Made by a program: the position numbers and the translations under genes. The notes under the pieces are model-generated. The model worked only from the letters and a program-made list of their open reading frames with translations, was not told where the DNA came from and made no database searches. A stretch of 64,000 nucleotides of DNA, taken from the NCBI GenBank assembly GCA_963801815.1, contig CAWDGJ010000002.1, positions 640,001-704,000 of the forward strand, given 5' to 3'. This document shows, piece by piece, positions 29,588-39,942 of this stretch; the stretch's first letter is position 1; every line of letters starts with the position of its first letter. The stretch is from an uncultured Verrucomicrobiae bacterium (GTDB lineage: Bacteria > Verrucomicrobiota > Verrucomicrobiia > Chthoniobacterales > UBA10450).

Positions 29588-31237
29588 ATGCCTAACCAAA
29601 ATATGTTTTCACTAACAGCCGGCGGTTGCCTGGCTGCATTGATGTTACTACCTCTTCAATCGCTCCGTTCGGAAACGTCTTCAGACGTCGACCGGCTGAC
29701 GAAGCTCGAGCAGGCGGTTCAGCAATTGCAGAACCGTAACGCTGAACTGGAGAAAGAGGTAAGCACTCTAAAAAAACAAGCCGTGTCGGCGGTCGCACCT
29801 CCGGCAGAGGGACCGACGAAGAGACAAGTCACCTACGACGGGAAAACTTACGTTGAGAAAGAAGTTCCGGTAGAGAAAACAGCCGCTGATAAGTGGAAGT
29901 TATCCACGCCTATCACGGAACTCGAACTCTTCGGAGACGTTCGATTGCGTTACGCTTACAACGGTGGCCAGACAGATGACGATTCACCGGTTGGCGCGCG
30001 CGCTAACGGGGTCGCGGGCCGTGACGACTGGCAGGAGCGTGAACGCGAACGCTACCGAATTCGGCTCGGCTTGAAGGGAACCGTATTAGATGACTGGTTT
30101 TTTGGAATCAGACTCGAAACAAGTGCCAGTGATCGATCTACCAATGTAACGTTTGGTGATGATACATCGACCTCTTCACCCGGCGGCGGAGGTCCTTTCG
30201 CCAAGGGCAGCGACGGCATTGAGGTGGGTCAGGCCTACATCGGATACAAAGGTTTCAAGGACATCACATTGACGGGCGGCAAAATGCCAAATCTGCTGGT
30301 GACCACACCAATGGTTTGGGACCCGGACATCAATCCCGAGGGCCTTACCGAACAGTGGAAGCACACCTTCAGCTTTGGCACAGCCGGCGAAGCGCCAGCG
30401 CAGTCTTACGGCAAAGACGGCAAGAACGTCGCGCCGGTTGCGGTTAAGACAGAGCCCCTGGTCAAGCTCGATATCTTCGTGAACCTGGCTCAGTACGTTT
30501 ACGACGACGCGAATCCGGAAAATCCGCTTGGACCGCGCGCCACCACGACCGCAAACGGTGGTCACCAACTTGTTCCTAACACGGACGCATTCCTAATGGC
30601 TTGGCAGGTTGGCGCAAAGGCCACTTTCCCACATGGCCTTTTCTTTCAGATTGCTCCGACATTGTATAACTACACGGGCAACGGCGACACCTTCAACGTT
30701 CATTATCAGGGAGGCGACCCGAACCTGACCAACGCAGCGTCGCTGGCGCAAAATCAAACTGGAATCAACAGTTTGCTCGTCTTCGACATGCCGATGGAGT
30801 TCGGCTGGAAGCTGTGGAATCTCCCGATGCACATTTTTGGCGATTTCGCAGTCAATTTCGAAGGGGATGAGCGCGCCAAAGCAGCCGGACATCCTAGTTT
30901 TGGCGATCAGCGCTATGCGTTTCAGGGTGGCGTCGGGGTTGGGCAGCTGAAGAAGAAGCACGATTGGCAACTCGATGTGTATTACCAACTCTCTGAGCAG
31001 TACGCGCTCGATCCAAACCTTGTCGACGACGATATTTTCGACAGTCGTCAGAACATGCAGGGCGTCGTGGTTAAGGCGGGATACGCGCTCAGTGATGCGG
31101 TCAGCGTTAACCTCACGTATAACTATGGCTGGCGTTACGATGACAATCTTGGCACCGGTGGAACGCCAATCGCAATCGGAGTCAATCCGCTTGATCAGTA
31201 CCAGCTGTTCTTCGCGGATCTCATCATCAAGTTCTAG
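29588..31237 (+). CDS. Putative outer-membrane porin (beta-barrel), probably phosphate-regulated
   Basis: Signal peptide, N-terminal coiled coil, GDVRLRY, RYRIRLG, alternating beta-strands, C-terminal Phe (DLIIKF). Confidence 0.82.
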   Translation: MPNQNMFSLTAGGCLAALMLLPLQSLRSETSSDVDRLTKLEQAVQQLQNRNAELEKEVSTLKKQAVSAVAPPAEGPTKRQVTYDGKTYVEKEVPVEKTAADKWKLSTPITELELFGDVRLRYAYNGGQTDDDSPVGARANGVAGRDDWQERERERYRIRLGLKGTVLDDWFFGIRLETSASDRSTNVTFGDDTSTSSPGGGGPFAKGSDGIEVGQAYIGYKGFKDITLTGGKMPNLLVTTPMVWDPDINPEGLTEQWKHTFSFGTAGEAPAQSYGKDGKNVAPVAVKTEPLVKLDIFVNLAQYVYDDANPENPLGPRATTTANGGHQLVPNTDAFLMAWQVGAKATFPHGLFFQIAPTLYNYTGNGDTFNVHYQGGDPNLTNAASLAQNQTGINSLLVFDMPMEFGWKLWNLPMHIFGDFAVNFEGDERAKAAGHPSFGDQRYAFQGGVGVGQLKKKHDWQLDVYYQLSEQYALDPNLVDDDIFDSRQNMQGVVVKAGYALSDAVSVNLTYNYGWRYDDNLGTGGTPIAIGVNPLDQYQLFFADLIIKF

Positions 31238-31282
31238 AGAACAATCAGAAGAAGAATTCACACGACAAGGTTAGGTCAGTTT

Positions 31283-31316
31283 AAGCCCGCCGTGGACGGT
31301 ACCGCGGCGGGCTTTG
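31283..31316 (+). terminator. Intrinsic terminator after porin
   Basis: AAGCCCGCCGTGG...CCGCGGCGGGCTTT hairpin followed by T-rich tail. Confidence 0.7.
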
Positions 31317-31344
31317 TCGTTTCAAAAAACGTGGAGCTCGACCG

Positions 31345-32223
31345 ATGTCGGCCTTAACTCAGCCCCGATTCTCTTTTGAATCTCCGATCACACCGCGGGA
31401 GGGGATCCATCACGTGCGAACGGCATGGATTTCCGACGTTCATCTCGGCACGCGGACGAGCAATGCCGCCGCGCTTCTGGAATTTCTTCGCGATTACGAA
31501 TGCGAACAGCTCTATGTCGTCGGCGATTTGATCGACATCTGGCAATTGCGTCGAGGGCGTTACTGGCCGCAGCAGCACAACGACGTGATTCAGAAGATTC
31601 TCCGCAAAGCCCGCAAAGGCGTGCCGGTAACCTTCATTCCTGGGAACCACGACGAGTTCATCAATTCATTTGGCGGTGCCTACGGAAACATCTCGATTCA
31701 GCAACACGCAATTCATCACCTGGCCGATGGCCGGCGAATGCTCGTCATTCATGGACACGAGCTTGACACCGTGGTCCAGAACGCAAAGTGGCTCGCGTAT
31801 CTCGGCGACGCCGGCTACCAATTCCTGCTCTCGCTCAACCCTGCGATAAACTTCTTCCGCCGGCGATTCGGCCTCGGCTACTGGTCGCTCAGCGCCTACG
31901 CAAAAAAACGGGTGAAGGACGCGGTGAACTTTATCGGTGAATTTGAGAAAGCAATCGTGCGCTATGCCGAGAAGTTTTCAGTCGACGCCGTTTTGTGCGG
32001 CCACATTCATTCAGCCGCGATTCGTCAATTCGGCGATATCGATTATTACAATTGCGGAGATTGGGTGGAGAGTTGCACGGCGCTGGTCGAACACCAGGAT
32101 GGCGCTCTCGATCTCGTCAGCTACCCAGCGTTCCCGGTGAAGCAAAGTGGAAGAATGGCCACGCCTCTGAACAAAATTTCGGCAAGCGTCACCGCATCGT
32201 CACGCGCTTTTGACAATTCGTAA
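31345..32223 (+). CDS. Metallophosphoesterase, LpxH/PlcP-like
   Basis: ISDVHLG, GDLID, GNHDE, HGHELD, CGHIH, NCGDWVESCTALVE. Confidence 0.88.
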   Translation: MSALTQPRFSFESPITPREGIHHVRTAWISDVHLGTRTSNAAALLEFLRDYECEQLYVVGDLIDIWQLRRGRYWPQQHNDVIQKILRKARKGVPVTFIPGNHDEFINSFGGAYGNISIQQHAIHHLADGRRMLVIHGHELDTVVQNAKWLAYLGDAGYQFLLSLNPAINFFRRRFGLGYWSLSAYAKKRVKDAVNFIGEFEKAIVRYAEKFSVDAVLCGHIHSAAIRQFGDIDYYNCGDWVESCTALVEHQDGALDLVSYPAFPVKQSGRMATPLNKISASVTASSRAFDNS

Positions 32224-32224
32224 C
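32188..32224 (+). promoter_or_regulatory. Pho-box-like repeats upstream of small membrane-protein gene
   Basis: GTCAC(32188), GTCAC(32199), TTGAC(32210), GTAAC(32220). Confidence 0.55.
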
Positions 32225-32257
32225 CTGACCGCCCGCGGCCGGCGATTACGCTGATTC

Positions 32258-32470
32258 ATGCGCGTAATCAAGATTCAACGAAGTATTCGTAGACGGAATA
32301 ACTCAAACAATTCGAATGCCCAGCGATCCACTCGCCGATTTGGGCGAGACTTTTTCGCGAAAGAGAGCCAAATCGAGTTTGCTCTCGAAGCGATGCTCTT
32401 TGGGGTGCTGGTGGTGCTCTCGGCGTGGCCGATCGTAGCCGCGGCGGGAGCGATTAACAAAATGTTATAA
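32258..32470 (+). CDS. Small protein with C-terminal TM helix
   Basis: Basic N-terminus, RDFFAKES, FALEAMLFGVLVVLSAWPIVAAA. Confidence 0.6.
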   Translation: MRVIKIQRSIRRRNNSNNSNAQRSTRRFGRDFFAKESQIEFALEAMLFGVLVVLSAWPIVAAAGAINKML

Positions 32471-32640
32471 AAAACATTTGCGGGTAGCGAAAAACTGCGC
32501 CGGGCCGCGCTCAGTGCACCGGACTGCTGGCGCATTTCTTCGGGGTTACGGAAAAATCCGCAACCGATGGACAAAAATACCGCCGTTATTGCAACGCCGG
32601 CCAAAATCCGATTCACTGGTGAAGCTTGGCAGCACTTGCA

Positions 32641-33114
32641 ATGAAACACAAAAAAGGCCGCGAAATTGAGCGCAAGTTTCTGATCAAACACCTGCCCGTC
32701 CAGATCCTCCACTCGCGACATTTTCCCCTTCGACAGGGTTATCTGGCGAACGAAGCCCGCGGACGACACGTCCGCTTGCGAAAAAAAGGCAAAGTGATGT
32801 CACTTACGTTCAAGATGAGCCGCGGGCGCGGGCCAAGCCGGGAAGAGCGCGAGATCAGAGTGAGCAGCAAACAATTCGCCACTCTGTGGCCGGCGACAAA
32901 GGGCAGACGATTGAGCAAAACGCGCTACGAGATTCCGTGGAAGAAACTCAAGATCGAAGTCGACATTTATCACGGCCGCAACCATGGTTTGATAGTGGCT
33001 GAAGTTGAATTTCCGAACCACTCGAGCCGCCGGAAATTCAAGCCGCCGCGGTGGTTTGGACGAGAAATCACCGGTGAAAAGCGCTACAGCAACGTGAGAC
33101 TGGCCCGGGAATAA
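32641..33114 (+). CDS. CYTH-domain (triphosphate tunnel) protein
   Basis: EIERKFL, QGYL, VRLRK, KTRY, EVD, AEVEF, WFGREIT. Confidence 0.93.
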   Translation: MKHKKGREIERKFLIKHLPVQILHSRHFPLRQGYLANEARGRHVRLRKKGKVMSLTFKMSRGRGPSREEREIRVSSKQFATLWPATKGRRLSKTRYEIPWKKLKIEVDIYHGRNHGLIVAEVEFPNHSSRRKFKPPRWFGREITGEKRYSNVRLARE

Positions 33115-33122
33115 AATCGACA

Positions 33123-34052
33123 ATGAGCTATCAATTGCGAAAGGGAGAAAAGCTTGGCGAAGGCCTTCGCCGGATTTGCTGCAAGCAAATCGAGAGCGCA
33201 ATTGCAGTTGTGACGGGCGACAAAAAGGCCGGCGACACACCCGTCCATGAAATGCGCAAACATTTGAAGAAGGCGCGTGCCGCTCTGCGACTCGTCCGGA
33301 AAGAAATCGGGGCCGGCCTCTTTCGCGAGCAAGACCATTGCCTGCGTGACGTCGGGAGACTGACCTCGGAGATCCGCGATGCCGAAGTGCGTTTGCAAAC
33401 GGTCCGGGAACTCCAGGGAATTTCTCAACGCCGGCGCCGCGCCGCCGCCTATCCCAAACTCGAGGGAATGCTGATGCTGGAGTTGGAAAATTTTATGGCG
33501 GCGTTCGCGGAATGGCAGACTCAGGCGGCACCGATGCTGAAACGCGCGGCCGCCAATGTTGATTGCTGGCCGCTCGACCATTTCGATTGCAAACAGCTTC
33601 GTCGCGCGGTGCAGCGAAGCTATAAGAGTGCACGAAAAGCTCTCAAATGCGCCGAGGCTTCGCCCACCGTGGAGAATTTCCATCGCTTCCGAACCTGCGC
33701 CAAAAGACTTTGGTACGAGGTGCGCATTTTGCGTCCAGTGCATCCAGTCGTGCTAAAAAATCTGTCCGATGATTTGGACGCTTTGGCGAGTCTCCTCGGA
33801 CGGGCCCACGATTTGAGCTTTCTTGGAGATCGTCTCCGGCGCGAGAACCAAAACTCGGAGTGGGAGCGCGAAGGGCACAAGTTGCTTGCCCTGATTGAAG
33901 TCAGTCAGGGTGACCTACAGCGCGGCGCGGCAGAGCTGGCCGGGCATTTTTTTGCGGAACGTCCGCGCGATTTCGGCGATCGGCTCGCCAGTTGGCTGGA
34001 AGACTGGGAGAACGAAGAATCGCCATCGATCCTGGAAAAGCTCGTTACCTGA
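33123..34052 (+). CDS. CHAD-domain protein (polyphosphate-binding family)
   Basis: VHEMRKHLKKARA, RDAEV, HRFRTCAKRLWY, LGRAHD. Confidence 0.92.
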   Translation: MSYQLRKGEKLGEGLRRICCKQIESAIAVVTGDKKAGDTPVHEMRKHLKKARAALRLVRKEIGAGLFREQDHCLRDVGRLTSEIRDAEVRLQTVRELQGISQRRRRAAAYPKLEGMLMLELENFMAAFAEWQTQAAPMLKRAAANVDCWPLDHFDCKQLRRAVQRSYKSARKALKCAEASPTVENFHRFRTCAKRLWYEVRILRPVHPVVLKNLSDDLDALASLLGRAHDLSFLGDRLRRENQNSEWEREGHKLLALIEVSQGDLQRGAAELAGHFFAERPRDFGDRLASWLEDWENEESPSILEKLVT

Positions 34053-34076
34053 GTTCCCGAGTAACATCGGGACGGA

Positions 34077-34538
34077 TTACTTGGTAGCAACCTTTGGCGG
34101 GATGAGCCAGAGCAACCGGCCGTCGCGCCACGAATGATTTAGCTCGACCAAGGCGATGCCAGCCTTGGAAAGCTTCATCGCTGCCCCGGTCAATTCGGAA
34201 ATCGTTTCGGTAAAGTCCGGCTCGTGACCGACGATCATCAAACTTTCCTCGGGATATTTCTTCAACAAGCGCTCCAGATCGGCGCGACGGAAACCCGGTG
34301 CGAGAAGTTTGTCCTCGCGGCATTTTACTGCCAGCCGCTCGGCCGCAATCTCCGCCGTCTGCGACGCTCGCGGAAGCGGACTCGTCACGATAAGATCCGG
34401 CTGCGCTTTGATCCGTTTCAAAAAGGACGCGACCTCACGCATTTCTTTCTTGCCGCGCTTGGTCAGCGGCCGCTCATCGTCGTCTTTTTTCCAATCGGGC
34501 CAATCGGCCTCGCCATGCCTGAGAAAATAAAGGTCCAT
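34077..34538 (-). CDS. sixA: Phosphohistidine phosphatase
   Basis: LRHGEA, DDERPLTKRG, SPLPRASQTA, VGHEP. Confidence 0.9.
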   Translation of the reverse strand: MDLYFLRHGEADWPDWKKDDDERPLTKRGKKEMREVASFLKRIKAQPDLIVTSPLPRASQTAEIAAERLAVKCREDKLLAPGFRRADLERLLKKYPEESLMIVGHEPDFTETISELTGAAMKLSKAGIALVELNHSWRDGRLLWLIPPKVATK

Positions 34539-34560
34539 TGTCGATCTTGTTTCGTTGTTC

Positions 34561-35250
34561 CTAAAAAATTTGCCATTTCGCTCGGCCAGTACGCGGGTCG
34601 TTCTGCCAAAGCCGGACACCGCCTAGAAAGGCATTGCGATTGTGCCCCCGTTCAGTGTCGTCAGGGAAACCGCCAAGCTTCTTGGCCTTGCCGCCGCCGA
34701 GCACAACGTAATCTGCGATGACGGATTTCTTTAGCTGGCCCACCGCAAAGGTGACTTCGCGTTCCCATTCCTTGTCGCCGAGTTCATCGATTCCAGTCTT
34801 TCCCAAAAAATCTTCGATGATTCGGTGATCACGATAAGGCAAGTCTCCCAACTCCAGCGGGAGCACCACCTCAGGCAAGATGAGCGTAGAGCCCAGGCCG
34901 GTGCCCAGTCCAAGAAAGAGCATTCGACCACCGCGATAACTGCCAAGCGCCTGAAGCGCCGCGTCGTTCAAGATTCGGACCGGTTTTCCGAGGGCCTTTT
35001 CGAAATTGAACCCAACCCAGCCTTTGCCCAGATGTTTGGGCTCGCTCAAAATCCGACCCTGCCGCACCGGAGCAGGAAACCCGATTGCAATAGCGTCATA
35101 TTTCCAACCGTTCAACTCCTCCTTCACGTGCGTGATCATCGCGCGCGGGGTCATCTTCGGTCCCGATTTAAATTTGCGCCGTTTTGCGCGCGAAATCATC
35201 ATCTTCACGTGGGTGCCGCCAACGTCGATTACCAGTATTTTCCGTTTCAC
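34561..35250 (-). CDS. ROK-family kinase (polyphosphate glucokinase-like)
   Basis: DVGGTHVK, IGFPAPV, NDAALQALG, LGLGTGLGS, ELG; overlaps ppk1 stop. Confidence 0.85.
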   Translation of the reverse strand: MKRKILVIDVGGTHVKMMISRAKRRKFKSGPKMTPRAMITHVKEELNGWKYDAIAIGFPAPVRQGRILSEPKHLGKGWVGFNFEKALGKPVRILNDAALQALGSYRGGRMLFLGLGTGLGSTLILPEVVLPLELGDLPYRDHRIIEDFLGKTGIDELGDKEWEREVTFAVGQLKKSVIADYVVLGGGKAKKLGGFPDDTERGHNRNAFLGGVRLWQNDPRTGRAKWQIF

Positions 35251-37466
35251 GATTTCTTCGGCGGCTCCGGCGCGACCGTTATTGGGATCAACTTATCAGC
35301 CGGAGGCGGTTTCTTGCGGCCCTGCGCTTTGGCGCGTTCGCGCGAAACTTCGCGAAAATGCCATTGCGCCTGCGAACGCTCTTCCGGGCCTTCTGGTTTC
35401 AAGCGACGATAGCTCCCATCTGGCTGCAACTCGCGTGACTTCACCCGATCATCCAAGAATCTTGGGAGAACTTCATTGATGATGAGATCGCGCAACTGGG
35501 GCGTCTCGATTGGAAATGCGACTTCTACCCGGCGAAGAAAATTTCGCGGCATCCAATCCGCACTGGAGAGGTATATCTCAGGCTCGCCGCCATTTTCGAA
35601 ATAATAGATCCGGCTGTGCTCGAGAAACCGGCCAACGATGCTGACCACGCGAATGTAATCGCTAAGGCCTGGTACCTTCGGTCGCAAACAACAAATCCCG
35701 CGCACCACCAGGTCGATTGTGACTTCAGCACACGACGCTTCGTACAGCTTTTCGATGATCTCCTGATCGACCAGTGAATTGAGTTTGGCGACGATGCGGG
35801 CCGGCTTGCCCGCGCGGGCATTGTCCCGCTCGCGCTCGATTTTAGCGATCAAGCGTTGTTTCATGTCGAATGGCGCCACCATCAGCTTTTTCAGACCGGG
35901 ATAACCGGCAAGACCGGTCAGGGTGTTGAAGACAATCGCGACTTCTTCGGTCAGAGCGGGATTACTGCTTAATAAACTGAAGTCGGTGTAAATTCGCGCG
36001 GTACGCTGGTGATAGTTGCCGGTGCCCAGATGAACGTAGCGCCGGAGTTGATCGGTATCGCGCCGGACGATCAGCAATGCCTTGCAATGAGTCTTCAGTC
36101 CGACGACACCGTAGATCACGTGCGCGCCCGCTTCCTCGAGCCGGCGGGCCCATTGAATATTGGCGGCTTCATCAAAACGCGCGCGCAATTCCACAATAGC
36201 GGTCACTTGCTTACCGGCAGTGGCTGCGTCGATTAGCGCTTCGACGATGGGCGAATCGCCGCTCGTTCGATAAAGAGTGATTTTAATCGCGAGCACTTGC
36301 GGATCCGTGGCCGCTTCCTCCATGAGATCGACAATCGGTTCGAAACTGTCATAGGGGTGGTGCAAGAGAATGTCCTGACGCCGCATCACTTCAAACATGT
36401 CCGCGTGCGGTGGCAGCGCCGGGTCGCGGCCGGGTTGGAACGGCCGGTCCTTCAAATTGGCAAACGCATCGTTGGTCAAAAGCGGGCTGAGATGCGTCAT
36501 CGAAAGCGGACCGTCCAGTTTATAGGCGTCGGCTTCACTCAGATCGTAAAACTCCTGCAGCAACTCGATGAAATCTTTCGGACAATCGGCTTCCACTTCC
36601 AATCGAACTGCGTCGCCTTTACTGGAACGCCGGAGTTCCTGCTCGATCGTTCGCAAAAGATTTTCCGCTTCCTCGTCGTCGATGTAGAGATCGCTGTTGC
36701 GCGTAACGCGGAAGGCGTGAACCCCGTCGAGGATCAAATCGGGAAATAGTTCGGCGATGTGCTGTTTAATCAGCGAGGCGAGATAAATGTAATCCCAGGG
36801 CTCCTCTGGACCCCTCGGCATGAGAATGAGTCGCGGAATGACGCGCGGGACTTGGACAATCGCGAAGAGAGGCTCGCCGCGTCGTTTCGTCTTCGCACGC
36901 ACCAGAAGGTTGTGGCTTTTGTTCAGCAAATCCGGAAATGGATGACTCGCGTCCACGGCCAGCGGCGTCAGCATCGGAAAAACTTCCTCCCGAAAATATT
37001 TCCGCGCCCAGGACGCGCGTCTGGTGCCCAGTTCCGAAACCTTGCGAATCCGGATCCGGTTTTTTTCCAGCTCAGGAAGCAACTCCTTATTGAACAGCTC
37101 GTATTCGGTGGCGACCAGCTCGTGGGCCAGGCGCTGGATCTGGTTAAACAGATCGGTCGGACTCAATCCATCCGGACCAACGTCGCTTGTTTCGCTCTCA
37201 ATCTGTTGCTTGATGCCCGCGACGCGAATTTCGAAAAACTCGTCCAGGTTGGAACTGAAAATGGCAAGAAACTTTACCCGCTCGATCAACGGTTGAGTGG
37301 GGTCCTGCGCTTCTTCCAGGACGCGGCTATTGAATTGAAGCCAACTTAGCTCGCGATTAATGAAGTTCCTCGGATCACCAAAGCGCTCGCGCGCGCTGCG
37401 CTCATCTTTGAGTGGGACAATCGGCGCGCTTTGTTCCGTTTCGACCCTGGATTGCGCCTGCGGCAT
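35247..37466 (-). CDS. ppk1: Polyphosphate kinase 1
   Basis: NRELSWLQFN, NLDEFFEIRVAG, HHPYDSF, LKTHCK, GRFLEHSR, SADWMPRN. Confidence 0.98.
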   Translation of the reverse strand: MPQAQSRVETEQSAPIVPLKDERSARERFGDPRNFINRELSWLQFNSRVLEEAQDPTQPLIERVKFLAIFSSNLDEFFEIRVAGIKQQIESETSDVGPDGLSPTDLFNQIQRLAHELVATEYELFNKELLPELEKNRIRIRKVSELGTRRASWARKYFREEVFPMLTPLAVDASHPFPDLLNKSHNLLVRAKTKRRGEPLFAIVQVPRVIPRLILMPRGPEEPWDYIYLASLIKQHIAELFPDLILDGVHAFRVTRNSDLYIDDEEAENLLRTIEQELRRSSKGDAVRLEVEADCPKDFIELLQEFYDLSEADAYKLDGPLSMTHLSPLLTNDAFANLKDRPFQPGRDPALPPHADMFEVMRRQDILLHHPYDSFEPIVDLMEEAATDPQVLAIKITLYRTSGDSPIVEALIDAATAGKQVTAIVELRARFDEAANIQWARRLEEAGAHVIYGVVGLKTHCKALLIVRRDTDQLRRYVHLGTGNYHQRTARIYTDFSLLSSNPALTEEVAIVFNTLTGLAGYPGLKKLMVAPFDMKQRLIAKIERERDNARAGKPARIVAKLNSLVDQEIIEKLYEASCAEVTIDLVVRGICCLRPKVPGLSDYIRVVSIVGRFLEHSRIYYFENGGEPEIYLSSADWMPRNFLRRVEVAFPIETPQLRDLIINEVLPRFLDDRVKSRELQPDGSYRRLKPEGPEERSQAQWHFREVSRERAKAQGRKKPPPADKLIPITVAPEPPKKS

Positions 37467-37511
37467 CTTTCAAAGATCGGCCATCAGCGGTGCATGACAA
37501 GCGGCCCAAAT

Positions 37512-38198
37512 TCAGGTCACAGCGGCAATACTTTGGTGGCGAATATCCTCGGCCGCCGCCGCGTAAACCGCGTCCTCGGCGATGTTGGTCGCGTGATCGC
37601 CGACACGCTCGAGACAGCGCGAAATGAAAATCAGATTGAGATAACCGCGCAGCTGCTTCGGATCCTCGGCCATTCGGTCGGTCAGCCGACGGCCCGCCTT
37701 CTTGTTCATGAGATCGAGATCCTTGTCCCGCGCTACAACCGCGCGACCAAGATCAACATCCTCCCGGGTAAACGCGTCGATGCTGTCTTTGAACATGGCC
37801 ATTGCGTGCGCCTGAATAGGCACAATCAATTCAATCTCTGGAAGGGGCGCGTGTTTGTTAAGTTTTCGCGCACGCCGGGCAATGTTCGTCGCCTGGTCGG
37901 CGATCCGTTCGATGTTCGGCGAGAGCTTCATCGCCGCTACGACCCGACGAAGATCGGACGCGACCGGTTGATAGCGAAGCAGGACGTCGACTCCGTCCTT
38001 GTCGATTTGCTTTTCGAGCTGGTCGATTTCTTCATCGTCCGCGATCGCCGTAACACACAAATGATCATCGCGCTGCAGTAAGCCCCTGATTGCGCGGTCG
38101 AGGGTACGCTCAGCCAGGCCGGCCATCATCAGTACAGTGTTGCGCAACGAACTGAGCGCTTCGTCGAATGTTCCAAGAATATGCTTCGGTGTAACCAT
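37512..38198 (-). CDS. phoU: Phosphate signalling protein PhoU
   Basis: QPVASDLR, ERIADQATNI, LERVGDHATNIAE. Confidence 0.95.
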   Translation of the reverse strand: MVTPKHILGTFDEALSSLRNTVLMMAGLAERTLDRAIRGLLQRDDHLCVTAIADDEEIDQLEKQIDKDGVDVLLRYQPVASDLRRVVAAMKLSPNIERIADQATNIARRARKLNKHAPLPEIELIVPIQAHAMAMFKDSIDAFTREDVDLGRAVVARDKDLDLMNKKAGRRLTDRMAEDPKQLRGYLNLIFISRCLERVGDHATNIAEDAVYAAAAEDIRHQSIAAVT

Positions 38199-38222
38199 TC
38201 CAATTCCTCCGCCGCCGGTTTA

Positions 38223-39068
38223 TTAACCAAATCGTCCCGTGATATAATCCTCCGTCTGCCGATTGCTTGGATTCGTGAAAATCTTCGAAGTCGGCCCAAA
38301 CTCGATTAGCCGTCCCAGGTAAAAGAAGGCCGTATAGTCCGAAACGCGCCCGGCTTGTTGCATGTTGTGGGTCACGATCACGATCGTGTAATTCTTTTTT
38401 AGTTCCTGAATTAGCTCTTCGATCTTGGCGGTAGCAATCGGATCCAGTGCGGAACATGGCTCATCCATCAGAATAACTTCCGGTTCCACTGCAAGCGCGC
38501 GCGCGATGCAAAGTCTTTGCTGTTGGCCACCGGACAGGCTCGTCCCCGGTTTATGCAGGTCGTCTTTGACCTCGTCCCACAAGGCTGACATCCGCAGCGA
38601 TTTCTCCAAACGTTCGTTCAGAAACTTTTGATCTCTCACACCATTGAGGCGCAAACCGATGACTACGTTCTCGCCGATCGACATCGTCGGGAACGGGTTA
38701 GATTTTTGGAAAACCATCCCGACGCGCCGTCGAACGATCACAGGATCAACATCGGCCGCGTAAAGGTTGTCTCCGCGCAAGCGCACCGTTCCATCGACCC
38801 GTGTGCCTGGTACGAGTTCGTGCATGCGATTGAGCGAGCGGAGAAACGTAGATTTTCCGCAACCGCTCGGTCCGATGATCGAGGTGACTGCGTTCGACTG
38901 AATGTCGAGAGTCACGCTATCGATCGCGCGCTTCTCTCCGTACCAAATGGACAGATTTTTGACTTCGAAGGTCAGCTGTACTTCTTCTGAGTCCAAGGAC
39001 GACTCCGGTGTTCGGTCGTGTGTTTCAAGGACGGTTGGATCCGAAGCAGGCATAATCAGATTAACCAT
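38223..39068 (-). CDS. pstB: Phosphate ABC transporter ATPase
   Basis: [41 protein letters not shown]. Confidence 0.97.
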   Translation of the reverse strand: MVNLIMPASDPTVLETHDRTPESSLDSEEVQLTFEVKNLSIWYGEKRAIDSVTLDIQSNAVTSIIGPSGCGKSTFLRSLNRMHELVPGTRVDGTVRLRGDNLYAADVDPVIVRRRVGMVFQKSNPFPTMSIGENVVIGLRLNGVRDQKFLNERLEKSLRMSALWDEVKDDLHKPGTSLSGGQQQRLCIARALAVEPEVILMDEPCSALDPIATAKIEELIQELKKNYTIVIVTHNMQQAGRVSDYTAFFYLGRLIEFGPTSKIFTNPSNRQTEDYITGRFG

Positions 39069-39078
39069 TGTGGGATTC

Positions 39079-39940
39079 CTAGGACGTAGATGGAGCGCGT
39101 TCCCGGGTGAGAATCCTCACCAACACGTTAACGCAAAAAATTCCGATGACGAGCACAAGTGCGCCCGCCCAGGCTTGTCGGTGCCAATCGTCGTAGGGTG
39201 AGATCGCATAGGTGAAAATTTGTAGCGGAAGCGCTGCAATGGGCTGGCTAAGGTCGTGGTTCCAAAAACGGTTGCCGAAAGCCGTAAACAGCAATGGCGC
39301 CGTTTCGCCCCCGATTCGGGCCAAGGCAAGCAAAATTCCGGTGATGATTCCCTTGGACGCGGTTTTCATCACCACATGTACGAATCGTTTTCCAGCGGAC
39401 GACCCCGAGAGCGAGCGATGCTTCGCGGTAGCCATTGGGCACAAGCAAGATCACTTCCTCCGTCGTCCGTAGAATGAGTGGAATCATGATTAATCCGAGC
39501 GCGAGTCCGCCGGCGTAGGCGGAGAAACCCTTGAATCGCAGGACAACCAATCCGTAAACGACTACCCCCCAAGTGATCGACGGAACCCCGTTAAGCACAT
39601 CGGCAATAAAACGTAACATAGAGTTACCGCGCGCCGACCCATACTCCGCCAGATAAACTCCACCAAGGACCCCAACCGGAATCCCGATCACGGAGCCAAG
39701 GGCAAGGAGTTCGAGTGATCCAGAAATGGCGTTGACCATTCCGCCTCCTGGGGCGCCGACTGGCTTTGGCAACTGTGTGAAAAAATCCCAGTTTACTGAG
39801 CTGGCCCCATTTACCAGCAAGTGAAAGAAGACCAAGCCCAGCGGCGCAATCACTAGGACAGCTGCGAGAAACGTGCCTGACGAAACGAGTGCGCTTTTGA
39901 ACTTACGCCAGCCATGTCTGTCTTTGCGCCTGGAATACAT
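39079..39940 (-). CDS. pstA: Phosphate ABC transporter permease PstA; indel near 39380
   Basis: [25 protein letters not shown] then [21 protein letters not shown]. Confidence 0.93.
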
Positions 39941-39942
39941 CG

